Sequence record: MT133560.1
Strand: one strand, 5' to 3'
DNA: 64,000 bases
Below are positions 27,717-37,761 of this stretch, one piece after another. The stretch's first letter is position 1, and each line of letters begins with the position of its first letter. Under the pieces are notes generated by a model, which saw only the letters and a program-made list of their open reading frames with translations, was not told the DNA's origin and made no database searches. Made by a program: the position numbers and the translations under genes.

Positions 27717-28427
27717 ATGGGTGATTATGTATATTTAGAAACTCAAGCTAAAGTAAATAATGAATGGATTGGTATCGAAGATATTGAACTAACACAGAAT
27801 TATGATCTTTATGCATATCTACTTGATATTCGCAATTATTGGGATGTAAAACCATTTGCTTACCATAATGGTGTTCCTGATGATCTGAAAAAGAAACCAG
27901 AATGGTGGAGTAGTTATGATGATGATCCACGCTGTGATGCATGGATTAGTGGTGAAGCTATTCTAAAAGGTATGAGTGAGCTTAAACCAGTTACTAAAAC
28001 AGTATATATGAGTCTATATACTTATATGTCCTGGGATCGTATGTCAGAACCAGATTGCTATTCACGGTATAGCCCACGTCTTGTAACAGATGAACCAAAA
28101 ATTAATAAAATCTCTCAAAAACAATTACAGTATTATAAGAATTTAACTGAAAGTTTTTATTCTCTAAACCTTAAAGCTAATTATGATTGGAAGGTTATCG
28201 ACGGCCGGTTACAACGAGTCGGGCCTAAATGTGGTAAGAATCACCTACGTAATCTACGTCGAGTATCGCGTTATCTATCTTTCTGCAATGTTCCTAATGA
28301 ACCTATCAAAGTAACTTATACACTCACGGCTGATCAACAGCGAAAAGAATTTAAACCTTTTATTTATCAAGTCCGAAATGCCGTTCTTAAGTACGGTGAT
28401 ATCCGTCTTCTAATGAGGGTTAGATAA
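27717..28427 (+). CDS. Hypothetical protein
   Basis: 236 aa; QNYDLYAYLLDIRN..GVPDD resembles a common phage family. Confidence 0.75.
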   Translation: MGDYVYLETQAKVNNEWIGIEDIELTQNYDLYAYLLDIRNYWDVKPFAYHNGVPDDLKKKPEWWSSYDDDPRCDAWISGEAILKGMSELKPVTKTVYMSLYTYMSWDRMSEPDCYSRYSPRLVTDEPKINKISQKQLQYYKNLTESFYSLNLKANYDWKVIDGRLQRVGPKCGKNHLRNLRRVSRYLSFCNVPNEPIKVTYTLTADQQRKEFKPFIYQVRNAVLKYGDIRLLMRVR

Positions 28428-29080
28428 TGGCAATGACAGCTATTGTCGGTAGTCGCTATGCCCCTACATGGGCCCTAGAATTGATGATACGCGCAGGAAG
28501 AACATTTGTTGATCTAGGTATAGGTATTTCATCAGGCGATGCATATGGATCAGATAGAGCTGGTTGGTATGGTGCAATTCAGTCTGATAAATGGGATACA
28601 GTAGAAAGTCGTATTTACATTATTCGAAATGGATTTCTTGGAAGACGAATTGAGAATCTAGCGTGGTTTCATGATGCCTCCGTATATACTGATACCATTC
28701 CCACAGCTATGGCAATGGCCTGTGCAGCTCGGGGAAGTTTCAATGGTTTAGGTAGAACAGGTATTGAACTACATACTCGTAATGTATTTCAAATTCATGG
28801 CCATACTTTACGTGAACCTGTTTCAACTATTATTGCATACGGTGAACAAAAGACACCAACCTCTGTAATTAGTGGTGGTACTAATACAGCGTGGCAGTTG
28901 GCATTAGATGCAAATGTGCCAACTATGTATAACCTATACTGGTCCGATGATGTAAAGAGACTAGAAGAATGGTTAAATAAAAATGAATCTGATGAGCCAT
29001 ATATGCCAATTGATTGGTCTGAAATCTTAGATCCTAGAGATAGCCGTCTACCTGAATTGATGGATGAATATAATAATTAA
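28427..29080 (+). CDS. SLOG-superfamily (DprA/Smf-like) nucleotide-binding protein
   Basis: AIVGSR, SSGDAYGSD, SGGTNTA motifs. Confidence 0.75.
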   Translation: MAMTAIVGSRYAPTWALELMIRAGRTFVDLGIGISSGDAYGSDRAGWYGAIQSDKWDTVESRIYIIRNGFLGRRIENLAWFHDASVYTDTIPTAMAMACAARGSFNGLGRTGIELHTRNVFQIHGHTLREPVSTIIAYGEQKTPTSVISGGTNTAWQLALDANVPTMYNLYWSDDVKRLEEWLNKNESDEPYMPIDWSEILDPRDSRLPELMDEYNN

Positions 29081-29114
29081 TTTTCTCAAATGAATTAGTT
29101 ATAATAGCCAAAAT

Positions 29115-29140
29115 AAACCCTCCTCTTAGTAGGAGGGTTT
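29115..29140 (+). terminator. Intrinsic terminator
   Basis: aaaccctcct-ctt-agtaggagggttt region. Confidence 0.65.
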
Positions 29141-29183
29141 ATATCGTCTCAAATTAGATTATCAATTAGAAAAGGAACATCAA

Positions 29184-30284
29184 ATGAATTATCGTAATAG
29201 CAAACTTACGTTAGTCCAGCAGAAGTGGATTGATCGTTTTATCTCCATTGCTATGGAGGTTGATAATGGCCGTGCAATTTCCAATGCATATCGCTATACT
29301 CTTAATGAACAGGGAATTAGTTCAGATAGTGAAGATCTACGTATTCACTATCCTTTTGGAGTTGATAGAAAAGAATTCATCAAAGAACAAATTTACAAAC
29401 TATGTGATGAAGTTATAAGCCCTTTAAATCTGAAAGCATTCAGAATTAGTGGTGGTTTTGCATTACTAGATGATGAAGGAATCATTGGTTTCCTAATGAA
29501 TGGAATGGAAGGTACCACTAGTCAGAACTTTAGATTATACTCCAATGAAGAACTGATCAAAGTATTTAAATTACGTTTTGAAGAAGTATTTGATCAGACT
29601 CGTCCACCTAGTATTAAAAGAATTCGGGTTAACTATCAAAATAATGAACTATATAGCTTTAGTGAAGTTATTTCTGTTCGTAACTACAATCCAAATATGA
29701 TGGAAATGTATCCATTCCTAGATCGATCTCCAGCTGAAATCTGGACTGAATTCGCTGCATCTGAATCTAATGTTCTACTATTGATTGGTCCTCCTGGTAC
29801 TGGTAAGTCTAATTATATCAATGAGATTATTCGGGCTCGTGGTTATAATGATCGTAATGTGTATCTAGCTGATCAAGATGATGTACTTGGCCACGCCGGT
29901 TTGACTAATTTTATTCGTGGTGTTGAGGATAATTCACTCATTATTACAGAAGACTCTGATAAAATGGTGGCTAAACGTGTAGATGGTAATAGTAATATGT
30001 CAGGGCTATTAAATGCTACAGCTGGTCTAGTATCTACTAAGACCAAGATTATCATTTCTACTAATCTTCCGACTCTTCGTGATGTTGATGAAGCTTTAGT
30101 TCGACCTGGCCGTGCTTTCGATATTCTTACCTTCAAAACACTTACTGCTGAACAAGCGAATGCAGCTCGTTTAGCTAATGGTCTAGATCCAGTTGAGTTT
30201 GTCGGTAATAATCTTACTTTAGCTGAAGCATTGAATACTAGTTCTTGCAGTAGCCAACGCAAAGCAAGTCGTGTAGGTTTCTAA
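29184..30284 (+). CDS. AAA+ ATPase
   Basis: GPPGTGKS Walker A, IITEDSD Walker B, STN sensor, DEALVRPGR arginine finger. Confidence 0.88.
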   Translation: MNYRNSKLTLVQQKWIDRFISIAMEVDNGRAISNAYRYTLNEQGISSDSEDLRIHYPFGVDRKEFIKEQIYKLCDEVISPLNLKAFRISGGFALLDDEGIIGFLMNGMEGTTSQNFRLYSNEELIKVFKLRFEEVFDQTRPPSIKRIRVNYQNNELYSFSEVISVRNYNPNMMEMYPFLDRSPAEIWTEFAASESNVLLLIGPPGTGKSNYINEIIRARGYNDRNVYLADQDDVLGHAGLTNFIRGVEDNSLIITEDSDKMVAKRVDGNSNMSGLLNATAGLVSTKTKIIISTNLPTLRDVDEALVRPGRAFDILTFKTLTAEQANAARLANGLDPVEFVGNNLTLAEALNTSSCSSQRKASRVGF

Positions 30285-30391
30285 GGAAAAGTAAGCTGCT
30301 TTTAAACTAGCGAAGAAACATGAATTCCAACGTGTTATTTATAATCCTGATGACCTTAAAGTAAAGCATTATTTCACATACGGAGATCAGC

Positions 30392-30994
30392 ATGCAGCGC
30401 AATAATGACCCGCAGCAAGTAATCATGTCGATTGAGATGTACAATAGCCTACTGGCTATGGCTAATGATTCACCTCATTACACGACAAAACTTATCCAAC
30501 GTCACGTGCGAAAGATGAATCCTTTTTTACAACCTGCACATCTAAAGAATGTCAGAACTAAGGAAGCTATTCGGTCCCAACGTATTCGTGAAGCTCGGGC
30601 TTTCTTCGAAGCCAATCATAGAAAAATTCTGTACGCAAAGGTTGATATGGGTAACTGTAAAAAAGGAGATGATCCGGTTTACTTCCCATGCATATCTGAA
30701 CGTATTGCCAAGAATAGACAACTAATCCAAGTTCGTCATGCCAATGAAGTTGGTTATGGACGGTGCATCCGGTTGGTAGAGGCTAAATATCTCACAACCA
30801 TTATTCCTGATGGATATATCCAAGGAACTGGGCCGTATAAAAAATATCTTGTTAAAGAGAATGGTCCTTACGATATCCGTGAACAAGAAGAAAAACGTAA
30901 ACAAGCTTTTTCGAGTGAGATAGCTAAGAAGTTTGAGTTCAAACATGATTCTTACGATATGGATAATCTCAAAAAGAATTATTATACACAATGA
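30392..30994 (+). CDS. Hypothetical protein (paralog of 55709-56092)
   Basis: 200 aa, GGAG RBS. Confidence 0.75.
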   Translation: MQRNNDPQQVIMSIEMYNSLLAMANDSPHYTTKLIQRHVRKMNPFLQPAHLKNVRTKEAIRSQRIREARAFFEANHRKILYAKVDMGNCKKGDDPVYFPCISERIAKNRQLIQVRHANEVGYGRCIRLVEAKYLTTIIPDGYIQGTGPYKKYLVKENGPYDIREQEEKRKQAFSSEIAKKFEFKHDSYDMDNLKKNYYTQ

Positions 30995-31121
30995 GATTAG
31001 TATAAATGGACATTAGTTTATCTCCAGTATGAGTATTCCAACTTCTTAAATATTACTAAAGAGCAGACTATGAATATATCAGTGTTTGCTCTTTGGAGGT
31101 AATTACTCTGGAGCATCTAAT

Positions 31122-31454
31122 ATGTGTGCAATTCCTGTAATACCTGTATCAAATGACATCACTATTATTAAGCCAGGTGATACAGTTTGGTCAACAGGTG
31201 TTCTCGGTATGAAAGCATCCTGTGAGCATCCACCAGCGCTATTCTGTATACGGGGTGATGAACTTGAAGTTCTAGAAATTAGCCCTCCCACGGAATATGA
31301 GAAAAAAGAAATGTATAAGTGCCGCTTAAAAAGAGGCACTGGTCATTTCTGGATTTATCGTAGTGGGTTTACTAAAACAAAGCCATTTAATCACAATATG
31401 ACTGGTTATGAGTTTTGGGATGGTGAGAAAATTAGAGAATATGGTGGGTATTAG
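31122..31454 (+). CDS. Hypothetical protein
   Basis: ATG 31122 after GGAG. Confidence 0.65.
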   Translation: MCAIPVIPVSNDITIIKPGDTVWSTGVLGMKASCEHPPALFCIRGDELEVLEISPPTEYEKKEMYKCRLKRGTGHFWIYRSGFTKTKPFNHNMTGYEFWDGEKIREYGGY

Positions 31455-31465
31455 AGTAAAAGAAA

Positions 31466-31591
31466 ATGACTAGCGAAAATAATAAATCAGACATACAACA
31501 TGAACAAGAAGAACCACCCATATTCAAGATGCTTTTTCTAAGTGCAGTTATAGGTGGATCATTATGGGAAATAATTAGACAGTGGTTTTAG
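31466..31591 (+). CDS. Small membrane protein (41 aa)
   Basis: MTSENN...IFKMLFLSAVIGGSLWEIIRQWF. Confidence 0.45.
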   Translation: MTSENNKSDIQHEQEEPPIFKMLFLSAVIGGSLWEIIRQWF

Positions 31592-31625
31592 CCACTGTCT
31601 TTATAATGTATTTTGAGTTATAAAA

Positions 31626-31974
31626 ATGTCCATAGAAAAAGCCTATTCCAATTTAATAGCTTCAATTAAAACAGTTAGAAAACATTTTCCTAAATTAATT
31701 CAAGAGAAGAATTTAGATGAGGAATTACGACGGGAGTTTACGACTCCTATTCAATTCGACCCGACTAAGAAATCGGGAAACTCCTTTTGATAACGAACAG
31801 TCAGAAATGGATAAGTTAAAACCAATCGATGACTTTTGGAAAACTAAAACAATTAAACCATCAGATGCTTATTTAGAAAGAAAGAATGAGCAACTAAAGA
31901 TGATTAATCCGCATAAAGTTTATAATCCATTCAATGAAAAAGATACGGTATTAAAACCTATTTCTAAATTATAA
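31626..31974 (+). pseudogene. Probable frameshifted gene (+1 near 31770)
   Basis: MSIEKAY...FDPTK stops at 31790; the +1 frame continues NRETPFDNEQSEMDK.. to 31974. Confidence 0.4.
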
Positions 31975-31986
31975 AAAGGATTTACT

Positions 31987-32406
31987 ATGAAACAAGATCA
32001 TCAATTCTGGCATGATAAACCATTTTCAGAAAATGAAGTTAGGAAGAAACTTGGCGGATCGTCATTATCCAAACTAAGTACAGAACAGATTTTAGAAGAG
32101 TGGCGAACAGAACATATTGAACGTAATACTCCTTTAAGTAAAAGGCTATATGACATTCGTAATAAAGCCATCAATGATTACTCACTTACTGATAATCAAC
32201 AAGTTAATAATTTGTTGCAATGTGCAGTGGATCAAGTCTTAGCAGATGTGATCATTATGTTAGATGGTTCAGTGCCACATAAGCAATTTCAAATTTCTGA
32301 ATATGAAATTGAAATGGACAGTAAGGAATTATCGATTAAAGAACATACTCGTCCAATAACTGAAGATCTACTAAAAAATTATTTTGAATTGGTGAATGGC
32401 AAATGA
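31987..32406 (+). CDS. Hypothetical protein
   Basis: 139 aa, AAGGA RBS. Confidence 0.8.
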   Translation: MKQDHQFWHDKPFSENEVRKKLGGSSLSKLSTEQILEEWRTEHIERNTPLSKRLYDIRNKAINDYSLTDNQQVNNLLQCAVDQVLADVIIMLDGSVPHKQFQISEYEIEMDSKELSIKEHTRPITEDLLKNYFELVNGK

Positions 32407-32747
32407 CTGAACGTATTCATTACTCAGATCGTAAGTTACCGCTGTGTTTTAAAGGTGTTTATGACATTCCAGTTGTAACCATCGAAAACTATTGTAAGTG
32501 GTATGGTCTTAATATTGTCTATCCAGATGGGCGTGTTGAATGGGTTGACACTGATTTACTTGCTGAAATAGAACGGGAAAGCAAGTTCTCAGTAATGGGT
32601 GATCACAACTATCATCCAATTCTGCTGGACAAAGTAGCTGAGAAGATTGGCGGGGTGGCATGTGAGGTTGCACGTGAGTTGATGACTGGTCGTTGGGTAC
32701 TAGAGGTTATGGACGGTAAAATCCCTGGTCAAGAAAAATTCTGTTAA
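32403..32747 (+). CDS. Hypothetical protein
   Basis: 114 aa, overlapping start/stop. Confidence 0.8.
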   Translation: MTERIHYSDRKLPLCFKGVYDIPVVTIENYCKWYGLNIVYPDGRVEWVDTDLLAEIERESKFSVMGDHNYHPILLDKVAEKIGGVACEVARELMTGRWVLEVMDGKIPGQEKFC

Positions 32748-32760
32748 ATGGATGATTAAA

Positions 32761-33300
32761 ATGGGTATTGATGTTTTCCCTGTAGTTACCAAACGTTCCA
32801 CACGTTCTTCAGATGGTGCACGTGTACTTAAATTCATTGACATGCATACATGCGAGGCTCTTAACTTTAGCCGTTGCTATTATCTTTGGGATTGGTTAAC
32901 CGATAATAATGAGTATACCAACCGATTCTGTCGACCGACTCTTAAAGGCTGTGGATTTGGTACACTCGTCAGTGATGACTCGCATCCAGTATGGAACAAC
33001 TTTGAAGGTCGCCTTTCACAAATTGTCAATTCCAAACAGGACAATCTAACACCGTACGCCTATTATAGTGAAGATGGTTGGTACCCACTTACAATGATCT
33101 TCAATATGGAAGACCTCTGGAACTTCGATTATGATCAGAAGCCAACGATGTTCGATCAAGATGTTAATGGTGAAGTCATTTCGGAAAAAACCTATCGCCA
33201 GCTATTTTTGAGCAATAGTGTGGATGATGGTTATTTCAAGTTCCTGGAAGAAACTAAAAAGATGGAGTGTGTTCACTTCATCGCCCGATTCTGGGGATGA
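32761..33300 (+). CDS. Hypothetical protein
   Basis: MGIDV.. start; NFDYDQ..TYRQL motif. Confidence 0.75.
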   Translation: MGIDVFPVVTKRSTRSSDGARVLKFIDMHTCEALNFSRCYYLWDWLTDNNEYTNRFCRPTLKGCGFGTLVSDDSHPVWNNFEGRLSQIVNSKQDNLTPYAYYSEDGWYPLTMIFNMEDLWNFDYDQKPTMFDQDVNGEVISEKTYRQLFLSNSVDDGYFKFLEETKKMECVHFIARFWG

Positions 33301-33323
33301 TTACTTAACAGGAAAAGTTAAAA

Positions 33324-33893
33324 ATGGCTATTCTATCTGATAAAACAATCACTGACTTATCTAAAGGTCGTGAACCAATGATTACGGATTTCATTGGTCA
33401 CCAGGTCCGTGAAAAAGATGGTAAAAAGATTATTAGTTATGGGCTTAGTTCATATGGGTACGATGTAAGGCTAGCCCGTAATTTTAAGATCTTTTCTAAT
33501 GTAACAAGTGCAGTTATTGACCCATTAGACCCTAGTGATGGATTCTTAGTAGATTGGACTGGTGATTATTGTATTATTCCACCTAACAGTTATATTCTTG
33601 GTCATACTGTAGAATCGTTTAATATTCCAGATGATGTCCTAGCTATTTGCACAGGTAAATCAACCTATGCACGACTAGGTGCAATTGTTAATGTCACTCC
33701 TATTGAACCAGGTTTCAAAGGACAAGTCGTTATTGAGATTGCAAACTGCACTACACTACCTCTAAAAATTTATGCTGATATGGGTATTGCTCAGTTTATG
33801 TTCTTTAGAGGTGATGCCCCATGTGAAGTTAGTTATGCAAAACGTAATGGTAAATATCAAAATCAAATTGGTATCACAACAGCGAGACTTTAA
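33324..33893 (+). CDS. dcd: dCTP deaminase
   Basis: ISYGLSSYGYDVRL, GKSTYARLG, TPIEPGFKGQ, GKYQNQ.G motifs. Confidence 0.95.
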   Translation: MAILSDKTITDLSKGREPMITDFIGHQVREKDGKKIISYGLSSYGYDVRLARNFKIFSNVTSAVIDPLDPSDGFLVDWTGDYCIIPPNSYILGHTVESFNIPDDVLAICTGKSTYARLGAIVNVTPIEPGFKGQVVIEIANCTTLPLKIYADMGIAQFMFFRGDAPCEVSYAKRNGKYQNQIGITTARL

Positions 33894-33895
33894 TA

Positions 33896-34132
33896 ATGCT
33901 TAGTCCTAACCAAGAAAAGTTTGTCAGTCGGCTAACTGAAATTACAAAGGCATCTGATTCAGAACTTTGTGCAGTTAATGATACAATCTCATTTGATATT
34001 TCAACTGATAACATGCATGCTGAATTCTTTAATTTGGTTGCTGAACTGCATTTTAAGATTGTTCATATGTTTCCAATTAACCAATATAACACTCGTTATC
34101 GGGTTGTTATTCATGAACCATTCTATCTATGA
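33896..34132 (+). CDS. Hypothetical protein
   Basis: 78 aa coupled to dcd. Confidence 0.65.
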   Translation: MLSPNQEKFVSRLTEITKASDSELCAVNDTISFDISTDNMHAEFFNLVAELHFKIVHMFPINQYNTRYRVVIHEPFYL

Positions 34133-34155
34133 TTGACCAACATAGTGGTTTATAC

Positions 34156-34194
34156 ATTTAAAGCATTTTAAACAGTATATCACAAATGTGATAT
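34156..34194 (+). promoter_or_regulatory. Early promoter variant (TATATCAC)
   Basis: 38/39 identical to 60116-60154. Confidence 0.7.
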
Positions 34195-34222
34195 AATCAA
34201 CATATATAGGAGATTCTAATAC

Positions 34223-34699
34223 ATGTCACGCAATACTATTTCTTCCTGGAGTGAACTTGGTTCAATGCTGGGTGTACAGCCGAAGCCGGTTCAGAAGAAA
34301 CAGAAAAATCGAGCTAAAAAGAATCATGAAGCTGCGGTTCGTAAAAATTCTAGGGAAACCTTTATGGACATTGCTGCAAAACAAACTAAATCAAGTCCTA
34401 ACTTCCGTAAGAACAAACAAAAAGATGTTCGTCATTGCAGTGTATGTGATAATATTAAACTAAAAGAAAATGGTATCGAAGAAGGGCGGGCCAAACCAAT
34501 TGGTATGACCGAATTAGCTAAGTTCAAAGTTGAGCTAGCAAAAAATGGTCTTGAGCTATTCGGTTGTGAAGTACGTAAGCAAGAATCTTTTGCAGATGCA
34601 TTTTATGGTAATAATACCATTTGTGAAGAAACTGCAAAGCTGATTAAAGCATACCAGGAAGAGTTTGATTCAGTCTTCCGCCGCGCTATTACTGCCTAA
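34223..34699 (+). CDS. Basic hypothetical protein with CxxC
   Basis: 158 aa, AGGAG RBS. Confidence 0.8.
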   Translation: MSRNTISSWSELGSMLGVQPKPVQKKQKNRAKKNHEAAVRKNSRETFMDIAAKQTKSSPNFRKNKQKDVRHCSVCDNIKLKENGIEEGRAKPIGMTELAKFKVELAKNGLELFGCEVRKQESFADAFYGNNTICEETAKLIKAYQEEFDSVFRRAITA

Positions 34700-34705
34700 C
34701 GATAT

Positions 34706-34725
34706 AGGGGACCTTCTGGTCCCCT
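34706..34725 (+). terminator. Hairpin/terminator
   Basis: aggggacc-ttct-ggtcccct. Confidence 0.6.
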
Positions 34726-34756
34726 TAGTCATTATTATTTTTTTTGGATTTTAGCT

Positions 34757-34948
34757 ATGGATGATATTGAAAAGAAAATAGCCAAAATGGAAGCTCTATT
34801 TAGGTACCATGGTATTACCGTTGATATTAACCATAAGTTGAAACCTAATGCTAAGACAAAATTAACTCGTGCGGAAATTAACCGATTACAAATACAATAT
34901 GATAAGCTTTTAGCTGAACGCGAAGAAGCTTTAAAAGCAATTCCTTAA
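34757..34948 (+). CDS. Hypothetical protein
   Basis: 63 aa. Confidence 0.65.
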   Translation: MDDIEKKIAKMEALFRYHGITVDINHKLKPNAKTKLTRAEINRLQIQYDKLLAEREEALKAIP

Positions 34949-34967
34949 ATTATTGAGGATTTATAAA

Positions 34968-35183
34968 ATGTTCAAGCGCGTTATGAGATATATTCGTGTT
35001 TTGAAATTAATTGTTATTTTCTATGTTAGGCGACAACTGGGTTTACACGATTATTGTACACGAAAAAATACAATTGCATTAGATCGTGAAAATAATAAAC
35101 GTGTTCAAATAAATGCTATTTCTCGTAAAGTCGAAGAAGCATTATTTAAAGTTGAACTAGCTGCGATAATGAGTAAGCGGTAA
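34968..35183 (+). CDS. Hypothetical basic protein
   Basis: GAGGA RBS before ATG 34968. Confidence 0.65.
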   Translation: MFKRVMRYIRVLKLIVIFYVRRQLGLHDYCTRKNTIALDRENNKRVQINAISRKVEEALFKVELAAIMSKR

Positions 35184-35195
35184 TGTTGTCATAAA

Positions 35196-35250
35196 GCCCT
35201 CCCTTCGGGGAGGGCTATTGCACTAAATTTTATTTGAGATCTACATTATA
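35196..35250 (+). promoter_or_regulatory. UUCG terminator plus degenerate early promoter
   Basis: gccctccc-ttcg-gggagggc then tttgagatctacattat. Confidence 0.6.
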
Positions 35251-35293
35251 GATTAGCATATACTAATGGAAACATCTACATGAGGTAATTATC

Positions 35294-35593
35294 GTGAACG
35301 AAGCTATTATTTCACTGGACCGCAGAGGAGCCCATCATTTAGGATCTCGCGGTTATCCAATTAGATCAATTGGAGATGTTACAGTATTTGATTTGAATCA
35401 TAATCAACTATATCCCAAAATCCATTCTCTTAAAGATCAAAATCATGATGGATGGCACTCCATTAGTGTTGATGATGAAAATGGAGTAACAGCATATACG
35501 TTTGTTTTGAATATGGATCTTAATCTAGGATGGCTAAGACCTAAGCAGCCTAATGTTGGTGGTGGATATATCAAAATCAAATTTGAACAATAA
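35294..35593 (+). CDS. Hypothetical protein
   Basis: 99 aa, GTG start, GAGGT RBS. Confidence 0.75.
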   Translation: MNEAIISLDRRGAHHLGSRGYPIRSIGDVTVFDLNHNQLYPKIHSLKDQNHDGWHSISVDDENGVTAYTFVLNMDLNLGWLRPKQPNVGGGYIKIKFEQ

Positions 35594-35642
35594 GCGGTGT
35601 GTACACCGCTTTTATTCCGTGTTTATACTCAAAAGGTAATTT

Positions 35643-36776
35643 ATGATTATGTTTAAGTACTTAAAAAATGTTATTGATATTTTTAACAAACCAAAAAAGG
35701 TAGATACATTAGAACAAAAGATAGCTAATCTAAATGATAAATACATCAGAGAAAATGTAGATGTTGATCAAATTGATATTCTGTCAGGTTATTTCACAGG
35801 AATGCTATCTGGGAAATTACATGATCGAAGTTTAGTATGGGGTTATTATACCAAAGAAACTAAGACATGGATGATTTATTTTGTTGAACAAAATTTTGAT
35901 TCATTCATGTATAAAGTAACTAATAATTCATTAGATATTATTAATCTAACTGATATAGAAGATCTTAAATTATTCTATTTCTCTAATGAACAATACATAC
36001 CTGTAAATACACCAATCAATAGTGATCTAAATGTGGCTGTAATTTTCACATCAAAACCACTCACTAAGGATTTCATTGATCCATCTTTAATAGATCAAGT
36101 TAAATCAGTTAATAGTAATTACAAGATTGTGATGGGTGGGTTATCTAATAATTCCAAATTTGATAGTAACCCAATAACTCTAATTGTAGAGTCTTATGAA
36201 GCAGATGGTGATATCGTCGTAGTTGAACTAACTAATGGTACAACTGTGGCCATCAATAGAAAACTACTTAATATGTTTATGTATCAGTCAAGAATAGTTG
36301 ATACATGTAATAACTCAAAAGTGCTTATAGATTTCAATGGACGGCTAAAGTTCACACCTATGGAGAATCATTTAGGTGGTATAAATAGTGCAATGCATTA
36401 TTGGTCAAGTAATGGAATTATCAAAATTAGGTGTGACTATAGTATCATATTAGATCTAGATAAGTTTCCAGAGATTGCTAATCATATTGGAAACTGGATA
36501 CATATTGAAGCTAAGACAATTGCAAAAGTAATTGACTCGGTTGTGGTACCATACTTAACAAATGGGGAGCTTAGTACGCTCATTGTTGATTTAGATAATA
36601 TCGATATTCAGTATCGTGGTTTAACATTATCTGGTAATATCAGCTTGCGTGATCGTTTAGATAAATGCAAAATCAAACTGATAAATCCATCAACTGATCC
36701 ATATGAGATACCTAGTCTAAATGGTAAACGTGATGTCCATGGTTTTTATAGAGTAGATGGAAGTTTATTAAAATGA
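35643..36776 (+). CDS. Hypothetical protein
   Basis: 377 aa. Confidence 0.8.
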   Translation: MIMFKYLKNVIDIFNKPKKVDTLEQKIANLNDKYIRENVDVDQIDILSGYFTGMLSGKLHDRSLVWGYYTKETKTWMIYFVEQNFDSFMYKVTNNSLDIINLTDIEDLKLFYFSNEQYIPVNTPINSDLNVAVIFTSKPLTKDFIDPSLIDQVKSVNSNYKIVMGGLSNNSKFDSNPITLIVESYEADGDIVVVELTNGTTVAINRKLLNMFMYQSRIVDTCNNSKVLIDFNGRLKFTPMENHLGGINSAMHYWSSNGIIKIRCDYSIILDLDKFPEIANHIGNWIHIEAKTIAKVIDSVVVPYLTNGELSTLIVDLDNIDIQYRGLTLSGNISLRDRLDKCKIKLINPSTDPYEIPSLNGKRDVHGFYRVDGSLLK

Positions 36777-37243
36777 TTAAATTAGTGATTAGTCTTTTTT
36801 ATAAAATAGTTAATGAAAAGATGTCTCCCACATATAAGAAATTAGTTACATTAGATAGAAATGGATACATTTTCAATAATAAACAAGATCTGTATTCGAT
36901 TAATCTTTCACTCTATCTTGAACTCATTCATTCAGTGACGAATGACTATATTGTTCAAGAAATTATAATGTGTCTAAGTTCTAAGCCACAAGCAGTGAAA
37001 GAACTATTCCTTGAAGACCTAAGTACTAATAATCAACTACATTATTCATTGTTAGCTTGTAAAATAATGAATGAGAGGAAAATCATTAATAAGAATATTA
37101 ATAAAGCGTGTGCTAAAAATATGGCTACTTTTTTAAAGGGTTATTTCCCAAGAGACTACTTCACTTGGTATAGTTGTCTCTATTTAGCCCTATCGGCTAA
37201 AAATAAAGCTGAGAATAACAAAGTATCTGTTATTAATGAGTAA
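36773..37243 (+). CDS. Hypothetical protein
   Basis: 156 aa, overlapping start/stop. Confidence 0.7.
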   Translation: MIKLVISLFYKIVNEKMSPTYKKLVTLDRNGYIFNNKQDLYSINLSLYLELIHSVTNDYIVQEIIMCLSSKPQAVKELFLEDLSTNNQLHYSLLACKIMNERKIINKNINKACAKNMATFLKGYFPRDYFTWYSCLYLALSAKNKAENNKVSVINE

Positions 37244-37345
37244 ATACAATACTATGTAGTAGTATTTCTATTACGTACCTTTCGAGGCATATACTCCATG
37301 ACTTATGTTGTGGGGTATATGTGTTATAATGTTTAAGAGGTTAAA

Positions 37346-37693
37346 ATGCAAAAGCAACTAAATTCTGATGATCTAGATGTTCTTGACTCCTTTAATGCAG
37401 CATGGGAAATTGTTAAGGAAGAACATACTGATCTATTCTCACGTATAGCAATGATGGCTATTAATAAGTTAACTGATGATGATATCTCAGTCAATGATAC
37501 TAAAGTAAGTATTCAGCAAGTAGTTAATTTCCATGAGAGAATTCGAGATATCATTCCTAGCTCTGAGATTGTTAATCTTACGATTGTTAAAACTATCTTA
37601 GGTGAAATGAATGGTTGGTTAGAATTTGATGAACTTAATGAAGAACTATTTACAGCATTAGGTAAAGCTTATAGCACTGTTAACTTTAATTGA
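37346..37693 (+). CDS. Hypothetical protein
   Basis: 115 aa, GAGGT RBS. Confidence 0.8.
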   Translation: MQKQLNSDDLDVLDSFNAAWEIVKEEHTDLFSRIAMMAINKLTDDDISVNDTKVSIQQVVNFHERIRDIIPSSEIVNLTIVKTILGEMNGWLEFDELNEELFTALGKAYSTVNFN

Positions 37694-37761
37694 TCATTAA
37701 TATGAAAATTAAAACAATATAAGTGAGGCATGTGCCTCACTACATAGTAGAGGACTAACAC

